Assembly (NCBI GenBank): GCA_040954595.2
Contig: CM082595.2
Span: 4,738,137-4,802,136, forward strand
Reading direction: 5' to 3'
Length of the DNA stretch: 64,000 nt
DNA from: Balanoglossus misakiensis
Taxonomy: Eukaryota > Animalia > Hemichordata
Position numbers and translations under genes: made by a program. The notes below the pieces were generated by a model. That model was not told where the DNA came from and did not search any database. It worked only from the letters and a program-made list of their open reading frames with translations. Below, piece by piece: positions 12,741 to 27,068 of this stretch. The stretch's first letter is position 1; each line of letters begins with the position of its first letter.

Positions 12741-15685
12741 GTTTCAATCTCTCCTAGATATACTAATAATTGTATCAAAGATTCAGCTGGCTCACATCTC
12801 AGCAGAAAGCAATTTTCTACTCTGTCATGTACAATCACAGTGATCAAATTGATTATCATGGTAATTCACCCTGTCGGCGATGCCAATTTTCTCCAGACGG
12901 GCCTAAGTACAAAACAAAGCTCGACTGACAAAATGGATTATTGATATTACCCGTAGTCTCTTCGGCGAATATACCTTGTCCTTAGAAAGCATCTGGAAGT
13001 AAGGTCAAGCTGAATAGTCACTATGTCGAATTTCCCTAAACAAAGACAACCTTCTAAACTTTTCGCATTATCTGTAGTCAAAATTGCCTGCGTCATGGCA
13101 GCTGAAGTGAGAGTGGGCAAGAATTAAGTCTAATGGAACAAAATCAAAATTGCTAAAAGGTCCGTCTGTCTGTCTTGACTATATCATCCCACGGCCATAA
13201 CTTTCTCTCATCTCAACCCCCCCCCCCCTCTATATATATTTGCCCCTCTGAAAAGATAAGTAGCATGCACCACTTTTACATTAATTTTGACATCAACACT
13301 TATTATTGGGAACATACTGTACTTATAGCAACTGCCGAGAAAAATTCTCGCTGTGGAAAAGTATTTTCCACAAAAGACACCATTGTGTGGCTACTATGAG
13401 GACGGCAATATAGTGTGACCCCGACACTAAACTGTTATTGGAAGAACATTCGCCATGAATACAAATGTGTGGCAATCACACAGAGGACACAATTAATGTT
13501 ACTGTCTGTGCGTTACACTCACCATTAGTTCGGTCATTGTATTAAACAAAACCTTACGCTACGTTTTAACGGGGGTATATATTTTAACGTTTTCTTAATA
13601 CCCGACATTCAATCTCGGCAGACTTTACGAGAATGACACCTGTAAATTTAATTAGTGACTGCAGTTTCTTTTCTGTGGCAAAGAATCGTAATTGATTTCA
13701 GCTCTTCGGTTACGCATCGCCTCGACCTGACCGAGTGTTTACTCGTGTCACAGGCCACAAACTTTCAATCCCATAATTTTCTCAAGCGAAATGTCTGTAC
13801 GTAGAAAACTTTGTCTCAAAATATCACAGATTTCAATGTCCCATACCATGAAGGTGTCAGGTTATTGCAACAGAAGGTTATCTCTGTCACTAATTTCATC
13901 ATTCAGTATTTAGAATTATAGTACATTGAAATTATCATGACAGAGATGCACCCAGCGGTCCCGTATTACGTATATAAAATGGCTCCCGCGAGTTTCAATC
14001 TCATATTTCGTTTATGCGAACCAAGATGTGATCTGAAAAACGAAGAAAATAAATGAAAAGGTAGACTGATGGAAACGGAAATGATTGCAACTGCCACAAT
14101 GAAATCCCCTTGAAGATGTCCAATAATAATATCGAATTTCCCGTTTAGTCCAGTCCCCCTTTAAATACAATCAAAACCAACTAACGAACAAATGGACAGT
14201 AGTATCGGAGGTTGAAGGATGATGATTGGTGGGTGTGACTGTTGCAGATCTTGCTGATTGCACTAACATGAGGCGATGCATGTTTAGGCTGAGCCCTCAT
14301 TGCCTTGCGCACACCTTTACGCAACATGTTCCATCTGTCATGATCTATTTCTGATTCCCTTTCAAGCTTATCTGTGTGTTTTTCTCCTTCCGAGTTGAAT
14401 TTCCTGGCAGTTCTTGCCCTTTCCTATCAAACGAGCTGTAGAGCCATGGCCTTGCACTGTGTGATGTTTCCTTATCACCACATCACTGTGAGTGGAGCAA
14501 AGCACCGGGTAGATCGTCCAGCCAGTCAGAAATTCCCTTAGGCATTCAAACAAAATTGGGAGGCAACTTTCACATGAGTGGAAGGAAAGTGAAAGCTGAC
14601 ATTCCCTCCGCTTGGTGTTAGAGGGAAGGAAGGGTATATTTTATTGTCTGCATCAGAATATTCCTTGTCGTTTGTCCTATATGCATGTATGTATCAGTTT
14701 AATAAAAAATGGATTTCAGACCAAGTGAATTGCTCAAAGCCCAGGGTTGCTCTCAGCTCTAGTCTGGTCATGAAACAAGCTACTTACATTTGGCGTTTAC
14801 GGCTGACATTAACCTATAGCGTAGTCTACAGAGTGATTTTAATTACGGGAACTTGTATTCCCGGAAGTATACAATATTTGACGTCTATCATAAAACTACT
14901 ACACATAAGACTTCTCTCTAATCGCCTTTGCTCGGCACTCTATGTAGCTGTTACCGCGGCGGCAACTTAATACCGCCCGTGGTTGGTGAAAGATCAATAA
15001 TCAATTACACTTAAGGAGCATACGTTCTTCCTAATATAGTTCGAATCCAGAGACGCTCTTGAACGCCCCCAGCACGCCTCACTAACTGTGAAGCACCCAC
15101 GGGCATTGACCTCAGTAGTACTCGAGTTTAGTATCATAGAATGAAGTGAGATGTACAGGTTACGTGTTTAGAAAGGGCACTGCTATGAACCTGCTATTGA
15201 CATAACTGTCAACTGGCAAGTTTGCTAAATGATCATTGGAATATACCTTGTGTTCTGTATCTTCAGGTTTTCGCCAATTATATTCAAAGTCCAACTAGAG
15301 AGAGAGGTGGACGAAAAGATCTTCAGAACCACTTATTAATAAGTTCCATTACTTTCAATCGCAAGCATAAATGTGGATGAACAATATTTCAATGTGACTA
15401 TAAGCACCTCTTCCTTGGGCTCGATTACTGTGGCAAAAGTAAATGTGCACATGTCTGTATATACCAAGTTTTAATATGAAAACATTCAGCCCCAACATAC
15501 TAAAATAGTAAACGTTCATGGAAATGTTCAAAAGTAATACATAAACTTAGAACTACTCGTTGTGTCCAAAAAAATATCAGGTCTCCTATGGAAATTTGCC
15601 AACAAGTTGACTATACTTTTAATTCCCGTGAAAATGTGACATTGTGTTGGCTGGGGATGAGAATGCACCTTAAATAGTTTGGGAC

Positions 15686-16011
15686 TATAAAATGCGTATC
15701 ATGTTTGTATCCCCCGAAGGTATGCAATAAATAAGAGGTTTCAGTCGCAAAGAAGCCTTATGGGCTGTCAGCACAAAAGATTGGCAATCATTCGTACCGA
15801 CAGTTGTATAATAACTCACGACACAGGTGCACAATTCAGCACTTTTATCGTTTCATCCTCTGTCCCAAGATTAAAACGCTGGAGTGATTGCTGTCAAAAC
15901 AGACTACAGTGTCCGCGCGGCTGTGTCATTTCCCTCCTCGGTTGTTGCCGCTGTAAAATCTTTATTGAGTCGAAAGTTTTAGTAGTACGCGCAGCGGTTT
16001 TGTGGGTAAGT
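15686..16011 (+). promoter_or_regulatory. Weak candidate promoter or non-coding exon
   Basis: TATAAAA at 15686-15692, a CpG-richer stretch at ~15900-16000 and a donor TGG|GTAAGT at 16006. An alternative reading is an internal exon from the acceptor TATCTTCAG| at 15266. Confidence 0.25.
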
Positions 16012-18481
16012 ACATCTCACAATCGATCAGGAGATTGAAGCGCTCTTGCTTTGGAGCAGCTAAATTACGTTTATCCTCCCAAGAATTGACCCCGGGCACG
16101 AGGTAATCAGATCGAGCGTTTTATCACCACCATACCTTTTTCTGGGCAACAGCTGCGATGAACATATCTGATTTCCTGAAGACCGTGACGCTGATATCGA
16201 ACTCGTCGTGATCAGAGATACAGTGGTCAAAAAATTCTTGCGATATTGAGCACTTTTCTATACAGACGTAGAATCCGTGCTATTAAACCATCAGTAACAA
16301 TGATTAGTATTTATTCACATCAATCATTCACTACACTATAGCTTATATCTTTTATATCTTTATAAGTACTGAAGCTGAAAACCTCAGTTGGTGTGCAAAT
16401 AGTTCTTTATCTCCGAGAGCAATGAATTGCCGCAGCTATTTATCAGCCATTGGGTGGTTAATCCAAGCTGGGTGTATTGTCCACCATTTTGCTTTGCTTT
16501 CTATTACACAGAGCCATCTGTTCACCGCTATCATATCGACTTACCTCAGTATTACCGACTTCCACATACAGTCTGTAGACATAAAAACTCGCTTGTTTGA
16601 TCACCGCAAACAGAAGACTGTAAAATCTGACACGATTTCGACTTCAGCACATTCGTAACTAGATTCAGTTTGATCATCATTCTCTGGAGATGCTGTGTGA
16701 AAAATATATATACGAGAAACAAGTTCTTCCACTATAGCCAAAGCACCCGTATATTCAGTACAGCAAACATCCCAAGCATCAGAGGTTTTACAATATTAAT
16801 CAGTAGCGTGGTGCAGTAAATTTTATTGAGACTTTTATAATGAAGTAATGGTTTCACGCATGGATAATTTAAAATGGTTGATGGTTACTGCAGCAGTTGT
16901 ATGTATACTTGATTAGTATTTCCATTTTTATGTGCTGTGCCCAAGTCATAGTAGTAGTACACAAAGTAAAATGTTTTGTATTGTGGAATATCTAATGTAT
17001 GACTTCTCAGTGAAATATTTTGGCATTTCTTTCTGTCTCAGTGCTTCTACAATTCACGTTTTAGGAACACATGAGTATGGTTTGATTTTGTCGATTGAAA
17101 GATATTTGCCTTGCAACAATGTGGACTCGTCACTTTTCCTATAGACAAACCCAATGCCACCTTTCAGAAAAAAATCCTGCTAAATTTACAATCAACATGT
17201 GACCATCGTAAAATAGTTTACGACCAACCGTTATCAATTCCATGAATAATAAACGCATAAAATACATGACGACCCATACTCTTTGTCTGGTTATAGTGTT
17301 GATCAGTTGGCACATGTTAAAGTAATACCCACATATGACAGTGATTGCATCGATCTGGTAGCCCCTGGCAACGAAGGGGAGTCTTGCGTTTCGTCGCTGC
17401 ATGACGTGATCATACTCTGGGGACTTGTGTAATGTCTGCATCGTTGTGAGTCCATCTGCGGGTTCGTGCCGAATCCAAGCTTTCATCATTGACTTGCGGC
17501 ATTCCGTGACCACGGATGACTTTTCGAGGCGAATCGGTCCCCACTTCAACACGTGTTTTGTGTATTAATATTTTGCGGAAAGGTTCGCTGAATGAAGTTG
17601 TTGCGTGGGAATAAGGTAAAGGCAAGGATTATTTTAGTAACAACTTCTCGTACAACCCCTTCATACATTTCACGATACATATTCGACCAGTCAGTCGCTA
17701 AAGAACAAGTACATGAGACTCAGCGATGCACGAAACAGTTTTCTCATTCAGGTACGTTTGAATGTGTAACTTCCTTCCGAATAGCAGATTCTTTAAGTAG
17801 ATCAATTTTCAGGCGTCGCGTAGGCACAAATCTTTAAAACACTCGCCGCGTATTCTTACATCACTTGATCGTTTTTCAGCGCCAATCACTCGGAATTCCT
17901 GACGTTTATACCCTTGGAAATTTATGGATTACTTACATTGTTTAACAAGAAGTCGCAACCTTGTGTAACATGCGCCTGCGCACACATGTTGTCATCCATA
18001 AGTGTCATGCATGTTTATCATGTTTATACAAAGTCGGTCTCGTACAAGGACTGTGGTTTACACAATTATTGGGGTTACGTACATATACTAAATGATGCAG
18101 AGTGGCCATGCGATTATTTTGCGGACTGGTGTCATTTTGTGTACATGTAAAATCACGATTAAAAACTGATATGTTGGTTATGCCCTACTTTAATAGGCCT
18201 CATCAACGATGAGGCAGGTTAAAAGTAATGTTTTCCAAGTTAAGCTTAAGTCAATGAACAGGTTGCGATGTTGTCATATTTGGCAATTGGCTGTAACACA
18301 GGACTAATAACCACTTGTGCATTTTTGAAATTAATCAGCGTCAGAAACGATTCCGACGATAATGCTTTGACAGTCTTAATGAGTTTTTAACGCCACTTGC
18401 AGACGGAGGAATATTTTATTCATTTGACGAGTAAAAATGGAATGTGTTTTCCCCATGCTGTGACCCTTCGTTTGTATGCTA

Positions 18482-18597
18482 GGGAGATTTCATTTATTAT
18501 GCGATGGTGGGTCAGAGGAAATTGGGGTTAGTTGTTCACATAGAACGTGACTCCCCTGATTCCTCCGGCCCACCCCTCATAGTAAAGGAAAGCTTCC
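18482..18597. mobile_element. Degenerate MITE, ~116 bp, PIF/Harbinger (Tourist)-like ends
   Basis: Imperfect ~38 bp inverted termini: GGGAGATTTCATTTATTATGCGATGGTGGGTCAGAGGAA versus the reverse complement of the right end, GGAAGCTTTCCTTTACTATGAGGGGTGGGCCGGAGGAA. The flanks are CTA and TTA. Confidence 0.65.
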
Positions 18598-20840
18598 TTA
18601 CTTGTCTTAACGACTGCAAATAAAAATTGTTATGTGTGTTAAGAGCGACATTTTGAACCTTGTTTGGAACGCGATCCATTTACGAAGGCTGTTGTTGACC
18701 AGGTCACAGAGAAAGTTATGCCTGCGGATGCCAAACTTAGGTATATTCCCTGTTTGAGTGTTTTGTATTTGTGAGTGAAAACCAGGCCATTGGGAGTGCG
18801 GTATGATTTTTAATTAGTGTACCGTAGTATGCACCTAAAAATAAAAGTTCAACGGCAATACTTAATGTTGGTTCCTGCACATGAGTTTTAATGTGACTCG
18901 CATACTACTTGGCCAACTCCAGCTAAAACACGTATAGCTTATCCACACCATTTCCTTACGATTCTCTGAGGGCTGCCGTCATCATGCGTCCTCGCCGCAC
19001 AAAACTCCCCTGAATAAAATCAATAGACGAAACCGAAATTGCCGGAATTGGGAGTGTGCTGTTCTAGGAATCGTGCTTTCGTCGGTCGCATGGCAACAGA
19101 CCAGCCCCTTGAGTTATCTCAAATGTTTAAAAGAGTACCGACACTTTAAGTGTTGTGTTCAAGATGATCTACAAGGTTCTTATTCACACCTCTTCCAAGT
19201 ACTTCTTCCGACAAAGTCAGGAGAGACATTGAACATTTAAAAATGTGTGAACGGATTTTGTCTGTGACCCAATTTAATATCCGTTATTGCTATTCGTGTG
19301 ATTCCACTGACATCTTGAAAATTAATTGATGAATATCTGCTGTTTTTGCTCTCAAAACAAATTGTGTTGTAACGTCTTGGACTCGCCGAGTCGCATCACG
19401 TAGCAAAAGTCGCATTGCGCAAATTACTTCTGTTCAAATTCTTTCTCCTTCCAACCATTTCCCCGTTCAGTATGCTTCTGCAAAAAATATGTCCTCTGTC
19501 GATGATCGATCGGTGTGGAAGTGATTGTTCGCATCATGGTTGCCGTGGAAATCAAGAAATCATATCTCGGCATCTGCGAAACTTCCATCGCGCACATTTC
19601 ACATTACCAACTACACCATGCACCGGAGATTACTCCAACAATGTCATCATCCCCAATGATGTGGAATACCCATCTGGCTTCCTATTATCGCTATTTTAAT
19701 CTCGTTCCCGATCAAAATGTCCACGTCGGTCACAGAGCACGTAGAAAACAAGAGAACATTTTCGAACGAAAGATCTTAGGCTATGCGATGATGGATGGTC
19801 AGAGAAGAAGAAAGAAAATTGCCATGAAATTAGATTTTTCTAAATATTGAATTTTTTTTCAATTTTCTGTTTATTGAAATGGAGTCATGGATTTTGCCTC
19901 TCTTTTTTCATTCTTATGACAATCATAGACTTCGTTTGATTTATACGACATTTCTGGATAGCTTATAATCTGAAAATAGTTAAAGTTCCAATTATATTTG
20001 CTTGCTGCAAAACCATTCACATTTCCATTAGCTACCTTTAATAGAACAGAGTGTCACTCGGATCATAACGATCAGCATCCATTTTTATACAGTTTTCTGC
20101 AACAATTAAAATACAGAAAGTATTGAAAATAATTTCTAGTATTTTACGTGCATGAAAATCTGTCTTATGTTTGTCTGTATTGAGGGAACTTTAACCATGA
20201 ATAGTCAAAATGTCAAAATTTTTGCCCTCGAGTAACATCTCTTGGAATTTCACAATGACAGCATGAACCAACACTTTACAGAAGCTTGCTGCGATACTTT
20301 GATATTTATTAAATCCTAAACACATAAGTAGAGTCGACATTTGATCCCGCACTTACATTTACGATTATTAAACCTTCGCTATGTGTCGTAATTGAAAGTG
20401 TACACAAATATAACACTGTGCCTCGTCGCGATCATCTGTGCACAAAAGTAGATCGTGAAAATTGGGTCGATGCGACTTGAAAAGGAAAGCTGCCAATATT
20501 CTGGTTCATTACGATTCATTTGCTGAGGACAACGTCAGATGACAGATACCCGAAATAATGACAGTCCGAAAAGCTAATATTGCCCACTTTGGTGCGCTAA
20601 ATATAACTCTGGAATGTTTCTGGCAGAATTGACAAGCGCCATCCAATTCATCGTAAAGTAATGAATTGCTTGCTTCGTTATGCAAACAAGACATAAAATG
20701 TACATAAACGTTTAAGAGTATTTTATGTTATTTTGTATCCCTTTCTCCATAAGCAAGTTTACTTTATCTGGTGGGGTGTATTTTTTCTTCATGTGAGCAC
20801 TTTACATTATAATAAGAAGATGAGACGATGATACAGATTA

Positions 20841-21050
20841 GGGTGGGTTATTTCAAGTTCAAATGGTTAATTCGGAGGTGGGGGGGGGGTGATTGCTTGA
20901 CATTCATTTCTCAACTTGAAGCAGAAGAACACTTTAACAAATTTGAATGTCAGGATGAAGTTTCAGAAGTTTGGCGGTGGGCAAATCTTGAGTAGACAAC
21001 ATATGAGGAAGAATTGCTCCCCCCTCTCTTATATGGTAATGAGCCTGCCC
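20841..21050. mobile_element. Possible old MITE
   Basis: TTA|GGG...CCC|TAA ends, weak terminal inverted similarity, a poly-G tract near the left end and a C-rich tract near the right end. Confidence 0.3.
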
Positions 21051-22644
21051 TAATAGATCACACTGACAGACTGCCTTCAATTCGATGATTGACCTCTTGT
21101 GTCAGATTAAATGGATTTGCCTAATTCATATGATAAAGGTTGAAATGTCAATGTTAAAGGCCTCGCAGAGACTCAAGTGCCAATCTCTGCGATAATCACC
21201 AAGGCCTATAATCATGCATTATATAAAAGTTATCTGATATCGGGAACCATTCTGGACGTAAATGAGATCAAGTAGAGATCACGTTACATCTTCAGATCTT
21301 CGCAATTCTCAGCGATGACGACGGTTATTTCGTAACCCTTTTGTGATGAAAGTTAAAGCAGGCACGCGAGTGTCTCACATGACATCCAATTCAGTGGTTG
21401 TACGTCAGATGTATGCCACAAAGTGGATATGTCACGTAGGAGACTTGTCTTCTCCGAGGCAAATGTTCCGTTTCATTTTACCAGTGATGGTACAGCTGTC
21501 CTTTCGGCGATTCTTTGAAGTAATTCCACCGCATTCTATTTCGACATGAGCAGAAAGACGTCACCAAAAGCCCATCCCATGTTTTAAGGCAGTCGGGTCT
21601 ACACACGTCAAAAAAGAGTCTAAAAAGCCCCTCTTTGTATGCTGTGCTCAATGCAACTTTAAATTATTCTGTATTATCACATGTACCAGAAAGGGCATCT
21701 CTTATATAGAAAACATTACAAGTTAAATGCTCACCTGTCCATACCAAAACGCCTGTATTTCAAACTAACATTATGGTACTGAGAGTATGACATGTCAGTT
21801 TGCTTGCATTTGTTCGATCATGCAAACAGACATTTCAAATCTCCACGGAACAAATATATTTCTTGTTTTCTCCGTCATTTAACACGGTCTACTGCGCACA
21901 GAAAGTACTTCAACCAGACCAACTGAATGGGAATGATATCCGACAACAACGCTCGCAGTTCATTCAAGGGTGAACATAATTTATTAAATAGGTTAACCAG
22001 AACTTTTTATTATTAACCAACTGTGCTTAGAACTGAAACGTGCTTTGGATTGCAGATTTTGTTCTTTTGTTCGTCGCCCATGTAATACACAGAATGGGGG
22101 AAATGGGTCATATTTAAATTCAACACAGGAATGAAAAATATTTCCAGGGCTCGATCACTAAATATTAAGTGGTAGCCACCTATATAACCGTAGCTGGTAC
22201 ACGAACATGTTGTTGGCTTGATGGCAATACTGTATATGTGTATGCGTCACCGCTGCCTGTTGTGCATTTGATTGACAAGACATGTCATTTCCCCGATTGA
22301 TTCAGCATGAGGTCGTTTTTTCGCATTTTGCACGTGTTTTAAGGCTGTATGGCTGTGCACCCTATAGGGCTGTGAACGCGATGCCTGGTCACGTCCCAAA
22401 ACACCGGACAAAGACAATTTATAAAGCAAATCTCATTGACATGGCTACCGTGTCCTATATGTCACGTAGTCGATGGGATGATGCCAGTTTGCCAAATGCC
22501 CTTGATGAAGTTTATGATAACTGAAGGTCAATATAGAAAACATGTATGGCCCTTTATAAGACTGAAGTACGAACAAATATAACAAACATAAAGATTAATC
22601 ATAAATGAATTTCAAACGCTTTCAGTGACTGCCATTTATCGTCA

Positions 22645-22812
22645 GTTGGATGGATAATCTGGATGGTGGGTGGTAAGGTGGATGAATTTGTTGTTAAGAT
22701 GGTTGGGTGGATATGTGGGCGGGTGTGTTAGTTTGGTTGTATGGATGGATGGATAGATAGATAGACTGACAGATAGAGAGGACGGGACAGAGGCAGGCAG
22801 ACACAGACAGAC
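22645..22812. repeat. Compound degenerate tetranucleotide repeat (GGAT/AGAT/AGAC)
   Basis: Successive GGAT-, AGAT- and AGAC-type units are visible. Confidence 0.8.
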
Positions 22813-25800
22813 ATGCATGCAGTAAGGAGTATTCTAAATACTGTGAAACGACGTTCACATACTGTATTACATATCACTTATCCATTAGGCTTGCGATTAG
22901 CTAGAAAGCCAACTTTGTGGCAAATTTTGGTAATTGACAAATATTTCCTCTTCCAGAAGCCATTTCCTTCAATTTACGTAGGATAACGTCGGTCTATTTT
23001 GCGGCATTACTTTTCAGAACCATTATGACACATAAAGGCAGCATTTCACTATAATTCTTCCCTGCTTCATGTTGTATGCTAACAACAGACTTTGTAAAAC
23101 AAAACGAGAAGCCACTGGCAGACAGAATATGATCTAGGGTTTACCTTGAAACCTGATTACAAGGAGATCATACAATATTACGGGATCTAATATTTCAAAA
23201 AAGGGTAACAAATAATGCATCGGTTTCCTAAGAATTCTCTTGAGAAGAAAAGACTGATTAGTGTCTGTTCATTATGCAGAGGCAGAAAAGAGACCTGAAA
23301 TTGTTATTTATAATAGTACACTTGCCGATACTTCTACACAGTTTTAGAAGTATCTGATTAACCGGATCTTTTCTGCTACTGTAAACGGCATTGAGGGTAG
23401 CGGGTTGCATGAGATTGGAGCAACACTATGGCGCAAAACCAATAAATAATGAAAAATAGTTTGGAGAGAAAGTATTGGCATATGTACACTTTTCATCATC
23501 ATTGACAATGAAATCTGTCACGGCGGAAAAATCAATTTGATGATGTTAAATATAAAATGATTTCGACAAGGAGAATAGGAGGCTACCATCAAAAGGAAAG
23601 AAATGTGTTAAAGAATCGTATATTAGTGAGAGAATTACATAATGACTCTCACAAGGCAAGGTTACTCATAAAAGAGAAAAGACAGAACTTTGAAAAATAA
23701 TAGAAAACAGGAACAAGTAAGAAACCAATTATAAAAACCTCAATTTCCGATAATTATAGGACCATAGGTGACGTTTGAAGTTGTTTTGAGAAAATATTAC
23801 TGGCATAAACTTTAGCACCTGTTCATTTTAGTTACGTGAGGTTGGGTGCCATTATTACGTGTTCACGGAAATATATGCATGAGTTCCAGGCTGGGTTAGT
23901 TGCACACCATGTAATCGGCAGGGTACATGGTCGTTAGGGATCAGCCATTATTTTTCAGGCGGTCAAAGTTGGAATTACTTTTATCTCCCACATGTTATAT
24001 TTAAGTTGAAAATGTAATGACATGATATTCATGATTCCATTTGAAGAATCCGAAAATTTGTTTCACTGTCTAGTCACCCTTCAAAATTACCATCCAAAAA
24101 GACCCTTTCCCTGCAATCAGCAGTTGAAGACAAATGACGTCATGCAGTAAAAGTCACGTGATGCAAGAGAGCATCAGTGCTCTTGTAGATTAAAATCCCA
24201 ACTTTGGTATTGAAGAAATACGATAATATTCCTATTGGGAAATAATATATCGGGGTTGATATATTCCCCAGACAATATGAATTAATTCTCCTATAAAACA
24301 TCAACGGAGTTAGTACTTTTACAAAATCCTACAAAATGATCCACATGGTAAATTATTGTTCTTATGTTCCCTGGAGCAACTGTCGTAATGGTCTCGCGGG
24401 TGTTTACGGGATAAAATTGGACTCTAATATTTCTTTATTTCCAGGAATGCCTTTCTAACATTGCGCCTATCTATTATTCAAGAGCGACCAGCATACATAA
24501 AGTTCTCCTGGTTAGGCCGTCTCTAAATCCACAAATAAGCTTAGTATCATTTTGCGGCCATGCCTTGAATAATTAATTAGCTTCTGGGGTTTTTGTTCTT
24601 TCTATTCAGAAAATGCAACTGTTTGTATCAAAACGAACAACGTAGATTGCATATGTTGGTAGGATTCACAGACAGACCTAGTAGTTTCAAAAAGCCTAAA
24701 TGGCTGCTGAGGTTAATGTAGCACAGTTATTTTGTGGTAATTGCTCTGGACGTTTATAGTTTCTGTGTCGCCGGAGTTGATACGTTGGGTTGAAGTGATT
24801 TGTATTGTTGCGTTTTTAATTGTTTTCAATTTTTTGAAACAGCTTGACTGACTTGAATAGCGAATAACCAATAATTCTTCTGTCATGTAGACCGAGAATA
24901 CCGCCTGCCACTTTATATCCCGTGTTTGCATTCCCAGTGGATTTTGAAGTCGGGTGAATGACTCGCATTAAGTAACGGCATGTTTGTGATGACACGATTT
25001 TAAGTATACATATGCAGGCATTTATGCTAAGCTCTTGACTACGAGCAGTTGTGAAATAGCAAAGACAAGGTCATTAAACAGTCGGCAGAGTGTGCGGCAA
25101 TGGCGAACAAAGGGATGCCGCAACTTGTTCTTGAAAATAAGACGATCGAAAGGCGCCGTCACGTTTGAATGTACAGATGTTGCCAACATTGAACTGTGAA
25201 TATAGATTGCCGAATATATATATGCAATGGGGAAGATATTTGCAGTGTATGAGATCAGTGTGGCCTTGTCCGTTCCGTCGGCGGGTAAGTTCTAGATCGT
25301 GCATATAAAACCAAAATTACAGGCATTTTGCCTGTTGGATCATGAGCATACACTTAGCCGTGAAATTATAATGTGCTGGGCAGGATATTGAAGAGAACAG
25401 TATAACAAACAGATCACAAACAGACAGATGGATGAACTGATCTGTAATCGCACCTCGAGGATATAACTGGCTGGAAAACTGTGTCAGTGTTTTGTACATA
25501 TTTGGCATGCATTGCACTGCCCATCTTCCAACTATTAGCGCTTGTCTATAATAACCCATGCCTCGGTTTATTACTTTCAGTACATTGAAAATGGATACAT
25601 TCTGAATGGAGAGTAGTGATATATATCTCTAACCGTATTGGTACACCATTATGTGTGCCTGCCAGCAACTTTGAATTTCGAAATGGGAAAGCGTCTGAGT
25701 AATTTCGATAGATTTAAAACACCTTGGGAGAAAACGATTCCGACCAATTTCACGAGCAGGGATATTTCTCCGGGTTGTCCGGCAGACATTCCCAAACTCC

Positions 25801-26396
25801 CTTTCTCAGGATGACAGTGGAGTTAAAATTGATCGAGGTTACTCCCACAGCCAGTCGTATATTCTTTTGAGAGATGCACATGAGAAAATATATAGTTGAC
25901 TGTAATTTTTTTCATAATTTTCCAAATCTTTCGCTTAGATAGGGTCTATTCCAAGTAATTTCAGTGATATGGCTCCATCGGGTTAGAATGATTGTCCCCT
26001 CCAGTACTACAGAGAGTTCGTTTTGTGCAAACATTTGACGACATTGAGTTTTATACCATTTCAAAACTAAGCAGAGGTTGATGGAATGCGTGCCAAGTGG
26101 TTTGGAATAATGAGAAGCTAGTCAGGGCGACGGAGGAGAAAGCTGGTAACTGATATGAAAGGCGCCGACAGAAAAACGGTTCTTCTCCAGTCATCAGGAA
26201 AATTGACATGCGTCAAAACGGTGTTTTCAGATGTAATCCCATCGATAATGAGAACAGTACACCTAGAAAAAATTATTTCCCCACGTCTTTGTAAGAAAAA
26301 TACATAATAACTGACCCTTTACTTCTACATGGCATAAAAGTGGCATTACGTTTTCATTTACATTACATTGAAAGAATAAAATGGTCATATGATCAT

Positions 26397-26463
26397 ATGA
26401 TGATGGTGGTGTTGATGGTTGTTATTGTGATGGTGGTGATTATGTGATCATATCATCATCATC
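26397..26463. repeat. Degenerate (GAT/GGT/CAT)n low-complexity tract
   Basis: Directly visible trinucleotide periodicity. Confidence 0.7.
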
Positions 26464-26988
26464 TCCGCTCCACTATGCATCGTATTGTGAGATGAAAGTG
26501 TTGATGATAGTGTTACACAAAATATCGCCCTCCACGAACCCGGATGAGCTGTAAGCATGCATAAAGGCAAAGAGAAGCTATCAGTTGCTGATCGCATCTC
26601 ATATGTGTACAGAGGCGAGTGCACATAGAATCTTGTTTGTACATCTCCTTCCCTTCACGGTTTGCGAGATTGTCCCATAGCGCTCTGGCAGTGTCATGGT
26701 GTCATGGTATGTCCAGAAATTCTCTGGAGCGATTGGCGACTTTCAGATCATCAGTCAACAGTAAGTCAACTGCAGTCGGTGCGTTCCATCACGGTTAAGA
26801 TTACCAGTCTGAGTGTGCTTTTAAGCCTGATGGTTGTTAAGTAGCAGGTGAGCTGACTGCCAATTTAGAGGACACTCGCAAATCTGGAGTTTTCTAATGA
26901 GTTCATAAGTGATGCCTCCAAGATCCAATAGCTTATCTTTGATCAAAGCAGTCATTACTTTCAACATTGTCTTGGTGTGGATGTATAA

Positions 26989-27068
26989 CCCTTTCCCCAA
27001 CATGGTTTGGTCCAAAAAAATTCTGTGGCAAGGTTCGACTTCTATAGAGGCAACTGGGGATGCAAGGG
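26989..27068. mobile_element. 80-bp piggyBac-type MITE
   Basis: ATAA|CCCTTTCCCC...GGGGATGCAAGGG|TTAA gives CCCT/AGGG termini with a TTAA-type target site (the left copy has one mismatch). Confidence 0.55.

Noticed and set aside
12567-12944. ORFs with HTYI/MYVC repeats (also 35055-35347)
   Set aside because: They are translations of (CATA)n microsatellites, which contain no stop codons.
15039-15048. Pol III B-box GTTCGAATCC suggesting a tRNA or SINE
   Set aside because: There is no convincing A-box, cloverleaf or terminator around it.
19515-19850. ORF ending in LDFSK, resembling an RT motif
   Set aside because: It is a five-residue match only, and the rest of the peptide has no RT features.
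23327-23354. Perfect 10-bp stem hairpin GATACTTCTA/TAGAAGTATC
   Set aside because: It is isolated, short and AT-rich, and plausible by chance in 64 kb.
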